Translations under genes and position numbers: made by a program
Notes under the pieces: model-generated
Database searches by the model: none
The model's input: the letters and a program-made list of their open reading frames with translations, nothing else
Told to the model about the DNA's origin: nothing
Part shown: positions 14,031 through 27,548 of the stretch, piece after piece
Numbering within the stretch: the first letter of the stretch is position 1
How the letters are laid out: every line of letters begins with the position of its first letter
DNA from: Macrostomum hystrix
Taxonomy: Eukaryota > Animalia > Platyhelminthes
Reading direction: 5' to 3'
DNA: 64,000 nucleotides
Assembly (NCBI GenBank): GCA_950097015.1
Contig: CATNEN010000039.1
Location: 11,098,001-11,162,000, forward strand

Positions 14031-14417
14031 ACTCCCTGGGTTCGACTCTCATTCCTCATAGCGCAGGAACTTCCGCTTTCTCTCCTGCAAACTAGGAGAA
14101 GCTGCAGCAAGCGCTGTCTCTGAAGAATATGCGCTGCTGCGACATTCGCAGGTGAAAATTAGCCAGAAACTGCACATTAGAAAACACACGACATATTCAA
14201 CTTCACCTTTTAAATAAAACTTAGACCATCCAATCCAATTACGCAGTAATTTGGCGCAGTCGTTTTAGCTTTAGCTCAGAATGCGTTTGTTATAATGTTG
14301 GAGATGCATTCTGAAAGGATGTTCAGAATGGACAACAACGGGAGTTCAATTGTATTCGATACTACAGATTTGCTCAGAAACGTTGCAAATCATAATCTTC
14401 AGCTGTAAGCAAAAATC

Positions 14418-14857
14418 CTCTTCTAGGTCACCAACAGGACCTCTTCTAGATAAGCAACAGGACCTCTTCTAGGTCACGAACAGGACCTCTTCTAGATAAG
14501 CAACAGGACCTCTTCTAGGTCACGAACAGGACCTCTTCTAGATAAGCAACAGGACCTCTTCTAGATAAGCAACAGGACCTCTTCTAGACAAGCAACAGGA
14601 CCTCTTCTAGATAAGCAACAGGACCTCTTCTAGATAAGCAACAGGGCCTCTTCTAGACAAGCAACAGGGCCTCTTCTAGACAAGCAACAGGACCTCTTCT
14701 AGATAAGCAACAGGACCTCTTCTAGATAAGCAACAGGACCTCTTCTAGATAAGCAACAGGGCCTCTTCTAGACAAGCAACAGGACCTCTTCTAGATAAGC
14801 AACAGGACCTCTTCTAGGTCACCAACAGGACGTCTTCTAGGTCAACAACAGGACCTC
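14418..14857. repeat. 23-bp minisatellite aacaggacctcttctagataagc
   Basis: About 19 tandem copies. Confidence 0.95.
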
Positions 14858-16605
14858 TGCTCGGGTGGGCTCGTGGGCAGTTGCTTCTGGCACGCACCCC
14901 GTAGCCCTCAAGCACTTCAAATTCTACATTTGAAGTCCTTGAATAGGGCTTTTCAACTGGTCCCTCTGATAAATGTCTTGTGGAGACAGCCCTGAGTTTG
15001 CCGACTCCTGCGTCCACGTCTAGGTTTTGTACCCAGGACGCTCCGCCTGTCGTAGCCGAGTCCTCTCATGGTCGGGCAGCACCTGGTAAACGTAGGACGG
15101 TGGCATGCTCCGTCAGCATGAGAGGTCCACTGGAATTTCGAACTCAATATTCAGAGTTGATACTGACGAATCAAACTGGCGCTGGGATCTCAACTCGTGT
15201 CTTTGTTGTGTGACTTGTGTCAACAAAACAAAGCATGTCGTGTCAAGAAAATCGAAGCTTTTTGGTCTAATAAATGCACCTGTTTTCGATCACTATAATG
15301 ATTAGAATGATCGCATGCTATAATAATACATGAGTGCATCTACAGAGCTGAAGGAAATACTCCACCGCACATTGGCTGTACAGTTGTTCCTGCTTCGCTT
15401 CTATTCAGGGCTTCCTAATGCTATCTCGCGAATGATCAAGGCCCAGCTGTTGGCGGTTACGTCGGCAGAGGCAAGCAGACACAGAACTACAGATACGGAC
15501 GGGTGGAATCTGCCAATAGCTAAATGGGTTGCCGGTCATTCAATCCTGTCCCAAAATTGCCTCTCAGCCTTTCGTTTTTCCTCCCCTTACCGAGCCGGTT
15601 CGCTCCCTCCGGTCCGTTCGGTCCTTTAAGCCACCGCCCTGTAGCGGCAGTAACGAGCACAATTTTGAAAGCTCGTGGAAGTAGGGAATTAGCGGCCCTT
15701 CTAGGCCCGAACTGTTGCCCTCCGCTTCACTCTCAACATTGGCGGGGCGGAAATGGGAAGCCAGTTTTCTGGTCGGTGGTCATCGGCCAGTAATGGCCCT
15801 ATCAGATAGCCTCAGCTGGGCCCCTAAATCCTGGCCTCTCTATGCCGCATCGCTCATTGCACAGTGCGCGCAGTGGCCGCTGCAGCCTTCCTTCTTCCGC
15901 TCGTCCGAATGCCCTCTTGTTTTCCTTCCCCGCAGTTCTGTCTGGTGCCAGCGCCTACGAACAGATCTCTGGATCTCGCGATGGCGCTGGCACAATAGTT
16001 CAAGCGCTACTACGAGTAAATAGTGGCCCCACAGCCAGTCTGCGGCGGTGCAGAAGTGCAGAGGACGTGGCGATCGCGCGAGGCCCGCATCTGCAGGTGA
16101 GTGTCCGTTTGTCATATCCACCAGGACTGACTGTGCATTCCATGGATTCTCATGAAACATCCGGCTGTTTGAAATGGCCAAATCACTTATTTAGCTATTT
16201 TAGCAGTGTGGCTTCTTACTGTGTGTTTGGGTGAATGATTAAATTTAACAACTGGCTATAAAAGCGGACAAAATTATATCAGTGGTGAAATTACCCGAAT
16301 TATCAGCGGTGAAATCGACTCTCGTAAAATAATGTGCTGGAAAATTTTTCAGACTCTGCTTTCGCTGTTAGCAACAAGACACGGACCGGAAGACTAGACC
16401 AGAGCATGCATTTTCAATGTTGTCTTCTTTCTCAAATTTACAACAAGAATAGAATTCTTCCAATTATTTTCGAAAATGATTTATTCTTCTGGTTAAGCAA
16501 TATTCGAGTCGCTGATTCTTATCGGCAGTGCACTTCTGACTTAACTAAAATATTCCTAACCAATCACAGAACACAAGGATAAATCTCTAGTCTGGCCTAG
16601 TCACA

Positions 16606-17445
16606 ATGGATTACGAGCTTCTAAACGTAGCCTGGGTGACCGCCGCAGTTGTGGCCATCACTGGAGCAACGATGATGGCCTTGGCGCTCACTTGCAAGGT
16701 CCTGCAGAGATGCTACCTTCGTTGCCGACGTCAGCGTACTCAGCTGCAGATGCGTCAGCAACAGACGGTCATCTCCAATGCCACCACGGCTTCTGCTTCA
16801 GTCGCAGCCACCGCTGCTTCAGGTACGGCAGCGGTTCCAAATAACGATAGCTTCGACACATTCCTGCAGCTTTCCTTCAACAGCCAGCAGGCGACACCGG
16901 TTGCTGCAGCTGACAACGGACCAAGCCGAAGTCCTCGTGGTCGATCAGTTGCCGCACTCAGATCACCAGACGAAGCTGGTGGACGCTACAAAAAAGCCAG
17001 CACTGGGCTGTCAGCCATGCAAAAGCAGCCACAGAATTTCCTGGACTTTGGACGGTCGATGACGTTCGAGATTCGGGCATCGGAGGACAGTGAAGATGAC
17101 GTCGAAGCTGACGCTGACAGCTGCGACGAAGCAAAACACACCCAGCTATCAGCAAGCGGCAGACAAGCAGAGACTGCCAGGACGAGCGGCAGAACAGCCA
17201 GTGGCCAGTCAGCTGCTGGAGGAGCGTCCGGAGTCCCCACTGGCTTCTACGATCCCGGAGGCTACGACATGGAGTGGCCGCCAACAAGCAGTGGCCGTCC
17301 TGCTGCGCACGCAGGCGCTGGTGAAAGCTGGCATTCCAGACACCACCAGCAGCAGCAGCAGCAACAACAACAGGGTCGCAGAGGGCACATCTTCTTTGGT
17401 CGTGGTGCCCATCATGGTAGCGGCAGATACGCAGGAAACCTTTGA
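16606..17445 (+). CDS. Orphan 279-aa protein with N-terminal transmembrane anchor and disordered, polyQ-containing tail
   Basis: ATG-started GC-rich ORF in AT-rich flanks. A hydrophobic stretch (aa ~9-30) is followed by the basic, Cys-rich CYLRCRRQR. No family recognised. Confidence 0.55.
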   Translation: MDYELLNVAWVTAAVVAITGATMMALALTCKVLQRCYLRCRRQRTQLQMRQQQTVISNATTASASVAATAASGTAAVPNNDSFDTFLQLSFNSQQATPVAAADNGPSRSPRGRSVAALRSPDEAGGRYKKASTGLSAMQKQPQNFLDFGRSMTFEIRASEDSEDDVEADADSCDEAKHTQLSASGRQAETARTSGRTASGQSAAGGASGVPTGFYDPGGYDMEWPPTSSGRPAAHAGAGESWHSRHHQQQQQQQQQGRRGHIFFGRGAHHGSGRYAGNL

Positions 17446-18131
17446 AACTAAACTAATATTTGGTTATTGGCCTTGAAAATGTTTTTTGGGCAAAAAATTC
17501 TGCGCAATTTCGGCAAGCACTTTTTCTGACTAAAACCATGTTTTCAGGATTCACCTGCCCATATGTTGTAAATTCCATAAAATTAATATATTAAGACTAA
17601 AAAAAGGTAGCAGTCTGCAGTTAGTTGCAGTTGCTGTGTGATTTCTGCCGTTAAACTGTTTTCTCGCCAAGTTACGTAGCCTCAAAATGCTATAATAGCA
17701 GATTTCATAAAGTATAGCAGAAAATCAAAATTCTACTTCTACTTAGCATAATTTTTGGTTCAGACTAACAGAGACGAAATGGAATGCATGAAAGTTGCGT
17801 CAACACCCGAAAAAATCAATTCGACTGTCTACCTCAGAAAACAACCCTTACTCAAAAAGCAATTTTGGTGCCAGTAGAGAAAAAGAAGCATGAAAAAGGA
17901 GAATTGGGCCGGCTCAGCAGCTACCTTGCAGCAAGCTGGCCACATCTTTGCCTTAGAGCGCTTGGCCTCCGTTGGGGTTGTTTTATCGTCCGGCTCTTGT
18001 CTTTCGCCAGAGCGGGCATAGTGGTTGCGCCGCAAGACGAGGGTAAAGCCCTCGAAGGGGTGGAAGCAGATGCGGAACGACAATCCGGTTTTTATTTTTC
18101 ATTTATAATTTTTCTGTCATTCCAGCGACCT

Positions 18132-19633
18132 ATGGAGTCCAACCTTAGCTCCAGCACGTCCCAGGACCCTGCTGAAACGCTGACCCCGGCCGGCGACGCA
18201 GATCCTCAGGACCAGCGCCAGGGCGACACCGGTTCCACCGGCGCCCAAAACCCATCCTGCTCCTCCGCCACTAAGGAAAACACCAGAGCAGCTGGATCTA
18301 AAAGCAAACGCTCCCCTGCCACGCAGGCCCGCAGCTTCGCCCGCTTCCAGGAATTCCAGTGGCGCAAACAGGAAGCACGGTTGGCTACGAAATCCGCGCC
18401 AACCACCGCCTCCGAGGAGGGGGCCGGCAACTCTGCGAACATCGCGGAGGAACCGGCACCTAACAAGGAGGCGGACTCCTCGTGTCGTCAGGGAAACCCG
18501 GAAGCGCGGAAAAGTGCCGCCCAGGCCTCTGGGGCGTCCGGTTCCTCTCGTGGCGGAACGTCTCACAGTCATCCGGAAACTCCGACGACTGCTGGGGGGT
18601 CCGTTGCGGGAGGCGCCGGCCAAACCACAAAGACAAAGCGCACTTACGCTGCTATGGCAATGAGGCAGCCGGCCTTGGTTATCCGAGGCCAGGAGACGCC
18701 CCTCTCGACAGCGCAACTCGACCAGATTTGGCGCGGATTGGACTCCCATCTGTCAAACTGGCACTGAGCGGCACTGTGCTGCACGTCCTGAAGACCGACA
18801 TCCAGGACCAAGCCTTCATTGTCCAGCCTGCCGACAACCAGTCCGGACAGCAACTCCTCGAAATGCTGAAAACCTTCGACTGGGGCACGGAAATGGGCAA
18901 CCTGTTTATCTACAGGGAGGACGAGCGCCCCAAGACACACCGTCATCGTGTTTGGATCCCAGCTCGCAGCGCCATCACCAACGCCGGAGAACTGCGCCGC
19001 CTGCTGTTGGCAATCCACCCGCCAGCAAACGGTGTCGTGGTTCATGAAACCATCACCAGACCTGGTGGAGATGGTTTCACGGCCATCCTAGGACTGTCGG
19101 ACAGCTGGATGCTCCGCTGCCCAGACATGTCCTACATCAGTGCAGGTCTGATGTAGATTTTCAGCTTCGAATCCATCGAATGCAGATTTTAAGCTTCGAG
19201 TCCGACACCACTCGCCCGCCGCCCTGGGAAAGCGGAAACGGACGAATCAGAGCTCTGCCGGGCCCTGCGCCCTGGAACACAGACTCCTGACCGTCACGAC
19301 CACTCCGAGGATGCGGACCCTTTCAGGGGCAAAGCCGCGCGAGCCACAGTGACAGGCGGACGTGGTAAGGGCCGGAAACCCGCCCGCAACACTATCCGCA
19401 CTGGCCTGACTCAGCGCGCCAGACAGCTGTCGGACCCCAACAGTGGACGCCACCGCAGCACCACCCGGCCCAATGTCTCATCGGAACCCGCGGCGGAAAA
19501 CCGGGCTGAGGATACGGACGCCGCTGTTGCGGCAGCCCCGGCCTCAGCTCTGGATCCGATTCAGGAGGAACCGATGGAGCTCGGGCAAAACACCGGCGAG
19601 GACGAGGAATCTCTCCTGAACAACTCGCTGTAG
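18132..19633 (+). pseudogene. LINE ORF1 (frameshift near 18750, stop near 19155)
   Basis: Disordered N-terminus followed by an RVWIP...LLLAIHP...GFTAILGL segment resembling DUF4780-type ORF1s. Lies directly upstream of the APE domain. Confidence 0.6.
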
Positions 19634-19667
19634 GCCAGCAGGTAGCCGCACGGACCCCCCTCCTGGG

Positions 19668-20493
19668 GTGAGCTTCCTGCAGCTGAACCTGCACCACTGC
19701 ATCGCGGCCTCGACCAACCTGGCGCGTGTGGTGGACTTCAAAAACCCGGGCATCATCCTCCTTTAAGAGCCCTGGACGAAGAAAGGTAAGATTCCGAATA
19801 TTCCTGCAGGTTTTGACTGTTTTTTCATGCCCCAAAACCCCAGGGCTGCTGTGTTCGCGACTACCGATCTCAAAGCTTGGTATAGACCAGACCTCTCTGA
19901 CAAAGACCTCTGTGTCATCCAAACCAACCACATTCTCCCGAACCGCACCGTCATCATCGCCTCTATCTACATTCCTGGTGGCGGTCCTGCAGTTCCGCCC
20001 AGTCTCACTTACCTCGTGGACTACTGCTCAGACCGCGACTTTGAGCTGCTGGTGGCAGGCGACATAAATGCCCACCACACCCACCGGGGCAGTGTTACTT
20101 CAAACTGCAGAGGCGAGGATCTCCTTGCCTACATCTGCACCACCAATATTGAGTTCTGCAACTCGGGTGTCACACCCACCTTTGACAATGGGCGATGGAC
20201 GGAGGTCCTTGACGCCACCCTCGCCTCTCAGGGCCTGATCCCTCTGATCAGGAACTGGCAGGTGTGGGACGAAGAGGAATCTCTGTCTGACCATCGCTTC
20301 ATTCGCTTCCGGTTGCAAAGCTCCTACTCCAAGCCTGGTATTCTGTGGAAAAGGAACGCCCGGAATACTGACTGGACGGTCCTTGCGGAATCCGTGAAGC
20401 GCCAGACCAACCAGTTAGAATCCGTTGTTCCTGCCACCTGTCAAGAAGTGGACGATCTGGCTGATCTACTCAGCACGACCATCTTGACAGCTC
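19668..20493 (+). pseudogene. LINE ORF2, APE endonuclease part
   Basis: VSFLQLNLHHC...ILL*EPW (in-frame stop), ASIYIP, GDINAHH, PTF, LSDHRFI. Confidence 0.88.
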
Positions 20494-22694
20494 CAGGGAC
20501 AACTAAAACCCTCGGGACGCGAAACGAGCCAATTCATGGCAAAGAATCTGAGGGGCTCGAATAAAAGTATTGTTCTATGGCTTTTTCAAGTCTTCTCTGC
20601 TATCAGGCATTAACGGTTAGATTAAATAGTAAAGCGAGGCAATGTCGAGTAATTAATTTAAAGAATAGGAACCATCGATATAATTAAAATGTATTTACAA
20701 TAAAGTAACCGCCATATCAACAAAAAACTCCAACGGCAAGAAGATAAAGGATGAAAGCGAATAATTTCATTCGTCGGAGTCGAGCACTGAGCAGCACTTG
20801 CTCCACAGATACATAGTAGTTGCCGCCGCTCATTTAGCGATACACGCCAAACTCAGCCTCAAGTGGATCACTGTGAAAGTCAGCCAGCAGAACGTAGCTG
20901 ATTCGTGGGTCGGACAAAAGAACCTCACACATCTCACAGGCTCCGCGCAGTGAGTTTACTAGGGCTGACTTGGTCTCGGGCGTCAATGAATGATGGCGAG
21001 CTCGGCCTTTTCCACAATGTGTCGAATCAAACGAATCCGCGAGCGCGCTAAGAAATTGTATGCTTTCATCTTGAACGGAATAGACTGGTCGCCTGTCCGG
21101 ATCCCATGCGTGTGTGTAGATCAGGATTTTTACAATTGACAATTTTCCAGAATCTCACTATGGTTTTGATAAATTCCGCAGTGTCTGAGTATCCATCACA
21201 CTCAATGCAGCGGCAACCCTTTCATCGAGAACTTGGAGAGCGAGACTGACTTTAGTTTTCTGAATGCTTGTGGGATAACAGGCCTCATGAGTTAGACATG
21301 TGCGCTTGACTACGTGGTCTTTCTCCATTTGGTACAGGCGTACCACGTCTGACCATTTAGCGGATATCTGTCTGTCAGCGCCAGAAGGTTGAATGCTTAG
21401 AATTCCATTCGCTTCCATTTGCCAATTGTTGCGAATGCATTTGATAATGTGAACGAAATCGAACAGCCTGAAGAATTCTGACTCCTGTGCAGCATCCGTT
21501 CCAATCCATGGCTTCTCTCTTCCATCGCTAAATAAACCAAAACACTTGCGGTTGGTAGGGTGATTGTCGCTGACGAGAGCAACGACACGGCCACCGTTGT
21601 TGTTAATTGCTTTAATACATTGGCTGACGCATTTTCGCAGAAACTCCGCAGACAAAATGTATGTCGGCAATAGTCGGACTACAAACGGTTTTCCACAAGT
21701 AATGGCTTTACCATTATGGCCAAAATTGTCCTAGCAACCTGGTCCGGATCGTCGACGGCTCAACCCAGAAGGTGACGGCATCGATATCAAACGGACGGTT
21801 GAATGTACATTTCGTTAAACATAATTATGCAGTTTCGCTGAGCTCCTGATAGACTAGCAAAAACTGACTGGATCACATCGGCTGCGTCGGTTTCTGTGCC
21901 AAATTCTCCTGTACCTGCTAGTTGCAGCTGCAGCGTTCGGGGATGAGGCAATGGCAATAATCAAAAACTGAAGCGACGGATCCAAATCAGAGTCAGAAAC
22001 ACCGCGCTTTTCGGCCTGTCAGTCCTGGTCTAAAATAAGAGTAAAAATAAAAGTAAGATAATTGTGAGCGGCAAAATCGATATAGACGCTAAGTGTTGAG
22101 CAATCTTTAAGCTACGTACCTTGGTTCTGAACAAAACACGAGCTAGGAACTCCATTAAAAACAGAAGGAGGATTAATTGGCCTTCCGGTAGAGTTTTTCT
22201 TGACCATTGGAGCATCGCTTGGCCAATGCTTTACGCACATGCCCATGCTGTCAGTCACTCTCTAAAATAATAAATTTTGGGTTTCAAGTTGTTTGGACGA
22301 GACTGGCATGCAGAATTGAAGCGGAATTATGCAGCAGTAATGACAGCAAATGATCTGGTTTCTTACCTGGAGAATATTTGGCAGCGCCTTTCTCTACTGC
22401 TCTCGCTCCTGTGGATCTCTGGGAAACGCAAATATCCGTGTTCGAACGGCTTCAGAGTTGTAATTTGACGAGCACGGAAATACGCTGCACTTTCTTGGCA
22501 TTTCATCAAGTGAAAAATGCTTCTCTTGATATAGTTCAGCTTAGCTTCACTGCTGGCCGCAGCTAAAGCAATTTAAATTTGCTTGATAGCAGAGAAGACT
22601 TGAAAAAGCCATAGAACAATACTTTTAAGCGAGCCCCTCACATTTTTGCCATGAATTGGCTCGTTTCGCGTCCCGAGGGTTTTAGTTGTCCCTG
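20494..22694 (-). mobile_element. P-superfamily (THAP9-like) DNA transposon, degenerate, with ~115-bp TIRs
   Basis: TIRs begin cagggacaactaaaaccctcgggacgcg. Perfect 8-bp TSD gacagctc at 20486-20493 and 22695-22702. Transposase motifs VSDNHPTN, FDFVHIIKCIRNNW and SDPLEAEFGVYR. Confidence 0.88.
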
Positions 22695-22702
22695 GACAGC
22701 TC

Positions 22703-24400
22703 ATGAAACCTCTTGCCCCCTAAAAGCCCACAAAGGCAAAAAATCCGCTCCCTGGTGGAACCCAGCGCTTGGAAACCTCCGGCGCAAGGCCAAATCCCTC
22801 CAGCGGATTGCGCGGAAAAGCAAGGACCCAGCTGACCTGACCGCCTACCAGAATGCGATTCGTGACTTTAAGCGTGACACCAGGAAAGCGAAGTCCGAAA
22901 AGTGGCGCCAATACTGCTCCGAGCTGGAGGGCGCCCGCCCAACTTCTCGTGTTGTAAAAGCGCTCACTCTTGACAAAATGTCGAAGCTCTCAGTGATCAA
23001 AAGACCGGACGGCCGGCTTGCTGAGAATCCTGGCGAATCGCTGGACATCATGCTCGCCAGCGCTTTCCCCGGACCGCGTCGCTTCAGGACCCGCCGGACC
23101 ACACTCCGGGTGGACACATCCTTGCGACCACCATTATCACTAGAGAACGGACAGCTCGCGCTGCTTATTCCTTCTCGCCTTTTAAGTCGCCTGGACCTGA
23201 CAACATTAACCCCGCCTTCGTACATGAAGCGGTGAAAAATGACAGGTTCCTTGGCCTCCTTTGCAACCTGCTCAAGGCCTGTATCACCCTCGGGTACGTA
23301 CCCAGGTCTTGGCAGGAAGCCACTATCGTCTTCATCCCCAAACCTGGGAAGGGAGACTACCACTCCGCCAAAGCCTTCCGCCCCATCAGCTTAACATCTT
23401 TCTTTCTTAAGCTGATTGAAAGGCTTGTTCTTTGGCGCCTCCTTCACGTTGAGCTGAGGAACTCCCCGCTCTCCGCCAACCAGCACACCTTTCGATCCGG
23501 ACGTTTCATCGAAAGTGCTCTGCATGCCATTGTCGACAAGCTGGAGCGCGCCGTGCTTGGCACCGGTTTTGCTCTCTCGCTTTTCCTCGACATTGATGGT
23601 GCTTTCGACAATGTGCTTTTCGGAGCCTATAGGCGAGCCCTGGAGCGCCGGGCTACGCACGAGCACCTCACCCGCTGGATCATGTATATGATCTCTCACC
23701 AAACTGTCACCTCGCACCTGCTTGGCCACTCCCGTTCTGTGAATGTCCAGAAGGGAGGCCCGCAGGGTGGCGTTCTCAGTCCGATCCTATGGATCCTTTG
23801 CTCTGCAGCCCTGACCCGGACTCGGTCCAAAAAATCGGCTATGCTGACGACGTCACAGCCACCGTGGCCGGACCGTCTCCCCCGGTCCTTTGAGACCTTT
23901 TGCAAGCTTTCATCCACCGTGCCGAGCGCTGGGCCCATAGCTGCGGCCTCAAACTCTCTGAGTCCAAGACCGTCGCCATTATGTTCACCAGCAAGCAAAC
24001 GAAACTGGAGGATTGAGCCTCTCCTTCTCTATGACAAACCCATCGCCATGGAGAAGCAAACCAGATGCTTAGGTGTCATCCTCGACCACAGGTTGAGCTG
24101 GACACCTCACGTCAAATTCAAAACTCAGAAAGCTCTTGCGACGCTCGCGCAGATCCGCAGAGCCTTCGGTGCCACCTGGGGCCTCACCCCCCGCCGTCTC
24201 TGGTGGATTTACACTACCATTGTAAGACCGGCCATTTCTTTTGCCGGCTTCATCTGGAATAGTGCCCTGGAGACCAAAGGGGTCTTGGAGGCCCTAAACA
24301 AGGTGCAGTGCCGTGCTTGTCGAGCCATCATGAGTGCGGCACCCTCCCCTCCCTTCGCTGGCATGAATGCATTCCTGGACCTTCCCCCTTTAGATATTTT
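22703..24400 (+). pseudogene. LINE ORF2, reverse transcriptase part (frameshifted)
   Basis: APWWN, FRPISLTS, FLDIDGAFD, PQGGVLSP, GYADD in a shifted frame, LGVILD. Confidence 0.9.
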
Positions 24401-24650
24401 TATAATAATCTACTAGCTTTTTTTGCCGTTGTTTTTGGGGCAGAAATTTAAAGCAAAGCAGTAAGCAATTCACGTCTCTGTATTAACTTTATAGTGAAGG
24501 TCACCATTTATTTATTTACTGCATTAATGAAAAGTGAAGAGTTTGTTTAAGGGCGTTTTAAGTAAAAAATAAGTGAAAAGTTTGTCCAAAGTTTGCCCCC
24601 TCTTGATTACTTCTTTAGAAACATGTCTCTTAGCCACTCCTCTATACAGT

Positions 24651-24922
24651 CAGTGGCAGATCCAGGAATTTTGTTTTGGGGCGGTCTGTCAGGGGAGCGC
24701 CATGAGAATCACAGAGGGGGTGCCAGCGGCCGAAAAAGGGCGCCAGGAGCCAAGAAAGGGCGCCAGCGGCTGAAAAACGGGAGCCAGCGGCTGAAAAAGG
24801 GGCGCCAGTGGCCGAAAAGGGGCGCCAGTGCTGCGACTGGCGCCCCTGGTGGGGGCATCTTATTCCCATGATTAAAATTTAGGGGGGCGACTGCCCCCCC
24901 GCCCCCCCTAAATCTGCCTCTG
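24651..24922. mobile_element. hAT-type MITE nested in the Helitron
   Basis: TIRs cagtggcagat / atctgcctctg. Perfect 8-bp TSD tatacagt at 24643-24650 and 24923-24930. Confidence 0.85.
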
Positions 24923-25074
24923 TATACAGTATGCATGTACACGCGTATACATAAGGAAAATAGCCATGGCATAACAATAACAATGTCAAAGAAACAAAAT
25001 TAAACTGTTTCAGAGTTCAGAGTTAGACAGGTCAAGGTCAATTCGTGACTACTTTTCTATTAATTGCTTGCGAG

Positions 25075-25690
25075 TCACCTCAAGGCCTGGGGATACACCA
25101 CATTCTTCGTTCTTCCCCTTGGTGCGAAAATGAATAGGCCAGCTGGAGTTCCAACACGGGAGCAGGCGACATAAAGCTGCCCATGCGAGAAGCAAGGAGT
25201 CTCCAGGTTGATGCCAGCCACCTTCAGCGACTGTCCCTGAGCCTTGTTAATAGTCATCGCAAAGCACACTCTCACAGGGAACTGCAGTCGCTTGAACTGA
25301 AATGGCAGGTCCGTGGGGATAATTGGAATCCGGGGAACGAACACAGACTCTCCTCTGCCAGATCCAGTCATTATCGTGGCCTCAATCACGTGTGGGAAGA
25401 GCCGCCTGACTATCAGTCTGGTGCCGTTACACAGCCTTGGCGCATTCAGGTTGCGGAGGAGCATAATTGGTGCCCCAACTTTCAGCTGCAAGTTGTGCGA
25501 TGGAGTTCCAGGAGGATCTAGAGAGTTCAGAAACTCAACAGGATACTCCACAGCGGTGTCATCAGTCAACGTTGTATCAATTGACTTGTAGGTGAAAACT
25601 GCACCTGGCAACTCCTGAAGCAGTTGGTAGTTAATTTCGTTGGCGGCATCATTTCTAGGACACAGAATTGCCTTCTCTGACAGCCAGTCA
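25075..25690 (-). pseudogene. Helitron RepHel C-terminal PIF1-like helicase fragment
   Basis: AILCPRN, LKVGAPIMLLRNL, LCNGTRL, FAMTINKAQGQSL, FSHGQLYVACSRV, TKNVVY. Confidence 0.92.
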
Positions 25691-26392
25691 ACGCCAGCCT
25701 CTCTCTTTCTTCTATCCCAGGCTGGCTGGAGAGAAATATCGACCGGAGAGCCCTGCGCACTGGGACGCCACCGCACTCACCGCACTCAGTCTCAGTGCTG
25801 CTTGGGGGCCAGTAGACAGTCTAGGGGTTTGGGCTGTGTACATTCACGGCTTGAAATACAATGTACAGTCTGGGGCTTCGGCGCTCGGGGAAGGGAGGGG
25901 GTGGCTGTAATAAAATTTGGCCCGCAGAGTGGCGGAGGGGAGTTGGGGTGGCTGTCCTCGGAAAACAAAAAGTGACTCACTTTGAGATGATGCAGCTTTG
26001 CTCTGGATTGAGTAGAGATGTTCAAAATTGACAGCATTGTTGGAAAACATGTAAAGTGTAAGTGGATCAAATTTGGAGAAAATCTGACAAAGTGGGGCGA
26101 CGATATGTCGAATTGAGTGATTTTTTGACGATTTTTGAGCAGTTTTTTGCACTTTTGAGCAGGAAGGAAATGATTTTTCGGGAATTTGAGTAGCCTATTG
26201 CACTCAGCGTAGGTGGTTTTAGGTATGTGCAAAGTTTGGTGCGATTTGGTTGAGCGGTTTCGGCGTCTATAAAGACAAAAGGTTGCACACACACACACAG
26301 ACACACACACAGACAGAGTTTTCACTTTTATATATATAGATTATAAAAAAAAAAATAAAAATAAAATAAAAAAAATAAATTAATATTTCTTA

Positions 26393-27548
26393 TTAGCGAT
26401 GAAGACGGCTCGTCCTCTTCTGGACGCGGGCATCGGCGACCACCTTCCGGAAGCAACTTGCCTTCAGCAAGCGGAACCTCCAGTCGCATGGCGACCTCAG
26501 CCTACGGGACCTGGACGCAGCAGGAGGTCTCAAAATTCTCTCAGACGGAATCCCGTCGACGCTGTGCCCACCGCAAAAATTCAAAACAAGCATTCCGCCT
26601 CGCCAGTAAGTACGTGACCATGGCCAAACCCGAGAAATTCACTGCTTCACCGACGGTTCGCAAATCAAACTGGTCTCTGGTTTCAGCTACTGCATTATGT
26701 CCGGAGGGAAAACTGTGGCGACCTTCTCCCAGCACACCGGCATAAACTCTACCGTTTTCTAGAACGAATTTCTCGCCATCAGCTCCTGCGCCCTGGAACT
26801 GATCAACCAAAATGTCCACGGAGCAGAAATCTTCCTCCACTCGGACAGTCAGACGGCGATCCATGGACGCACGCACACCTGCTCGCGCACAGTCCTCGAC
26901 TGCGTCGCGCAACTCAACCGCTTAGCGACCCACAACAAGGTGTCCCTAAGGTGGATTCCAGGGCACTCTGGCCACCCTGGTAACGAATTGGCCGACAGCC
27001 TCGCCAAGGCCGTTTCGACGGGTTCACTTTTTGGCCCCGTGCCTGCGGTCTCCACCCCTACCGCCGTCGTCAACACTCGGATCAACCAGTGGGTGGCCTC
27101 AAAGCACAAGGACAGATGGGTCAATACCGCCGATTGTCGGCAGTCTCGCGCTGCTGTCCCTTGTCCCTCCACTGCCCTTTGCTAAGCCTTGCTTGGATTA
27201 ACCGCAGGGACATCAGGGCAGTTACCATGGCCCTCTCTGGCCATGGCTGTTTCGCCAGGCACCGTTTCCTGCAAGGAAAAATCCGCAGTGAGGAGTGTCC
27301 CTTCTGCCTCTCCTACGTTGAGGATGCAGAGCATTTTATTTGCGACTGCCCCGCCTTCACTCAGGCTCACCTATCTCGGCCCAAACCCGGATCTCTCAAA
27401 CGTTTTCAGGCCTGAGAACATCTGCCAGCTCGTCCGTTACCGAAGGGCCACCGGGCGAGCGACTCTCCACCTCCTGGACTCTCCAGAGGAGGACCGCGCT
27501 GTGGACGCCGGCATCACCGGGTCCCCCTGCGCGACACTGCAGCTTTAG
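26393..27548 (+). pseudogene. LINE ORF2, RNase H and C-terminal zinc-motif part
   Basis: [55 protein letters not shown]. Confidence 0.85.

Larger units (their letters stand above)
24413..26340 (-). mobile_element. Internally deleted Helitron retaining the C-terminal PIF1-like helicase fragment
   Basis: Minus-strand ends are A|TCTATATATATAAAAG...(CTGT/GT microsatellite) and CTAG|T, with a weak subterminal hairpin. Confidence 0.85.

Noticed and set aside
17907-17942. GGCCGGC...GCTGGCC stem as an HDV-like ribozyme at the LINE 5' end
   Set aside because: A P1-like pairing exists, but I could not identify the P1.1 GG, P4 or J4/2 elements.
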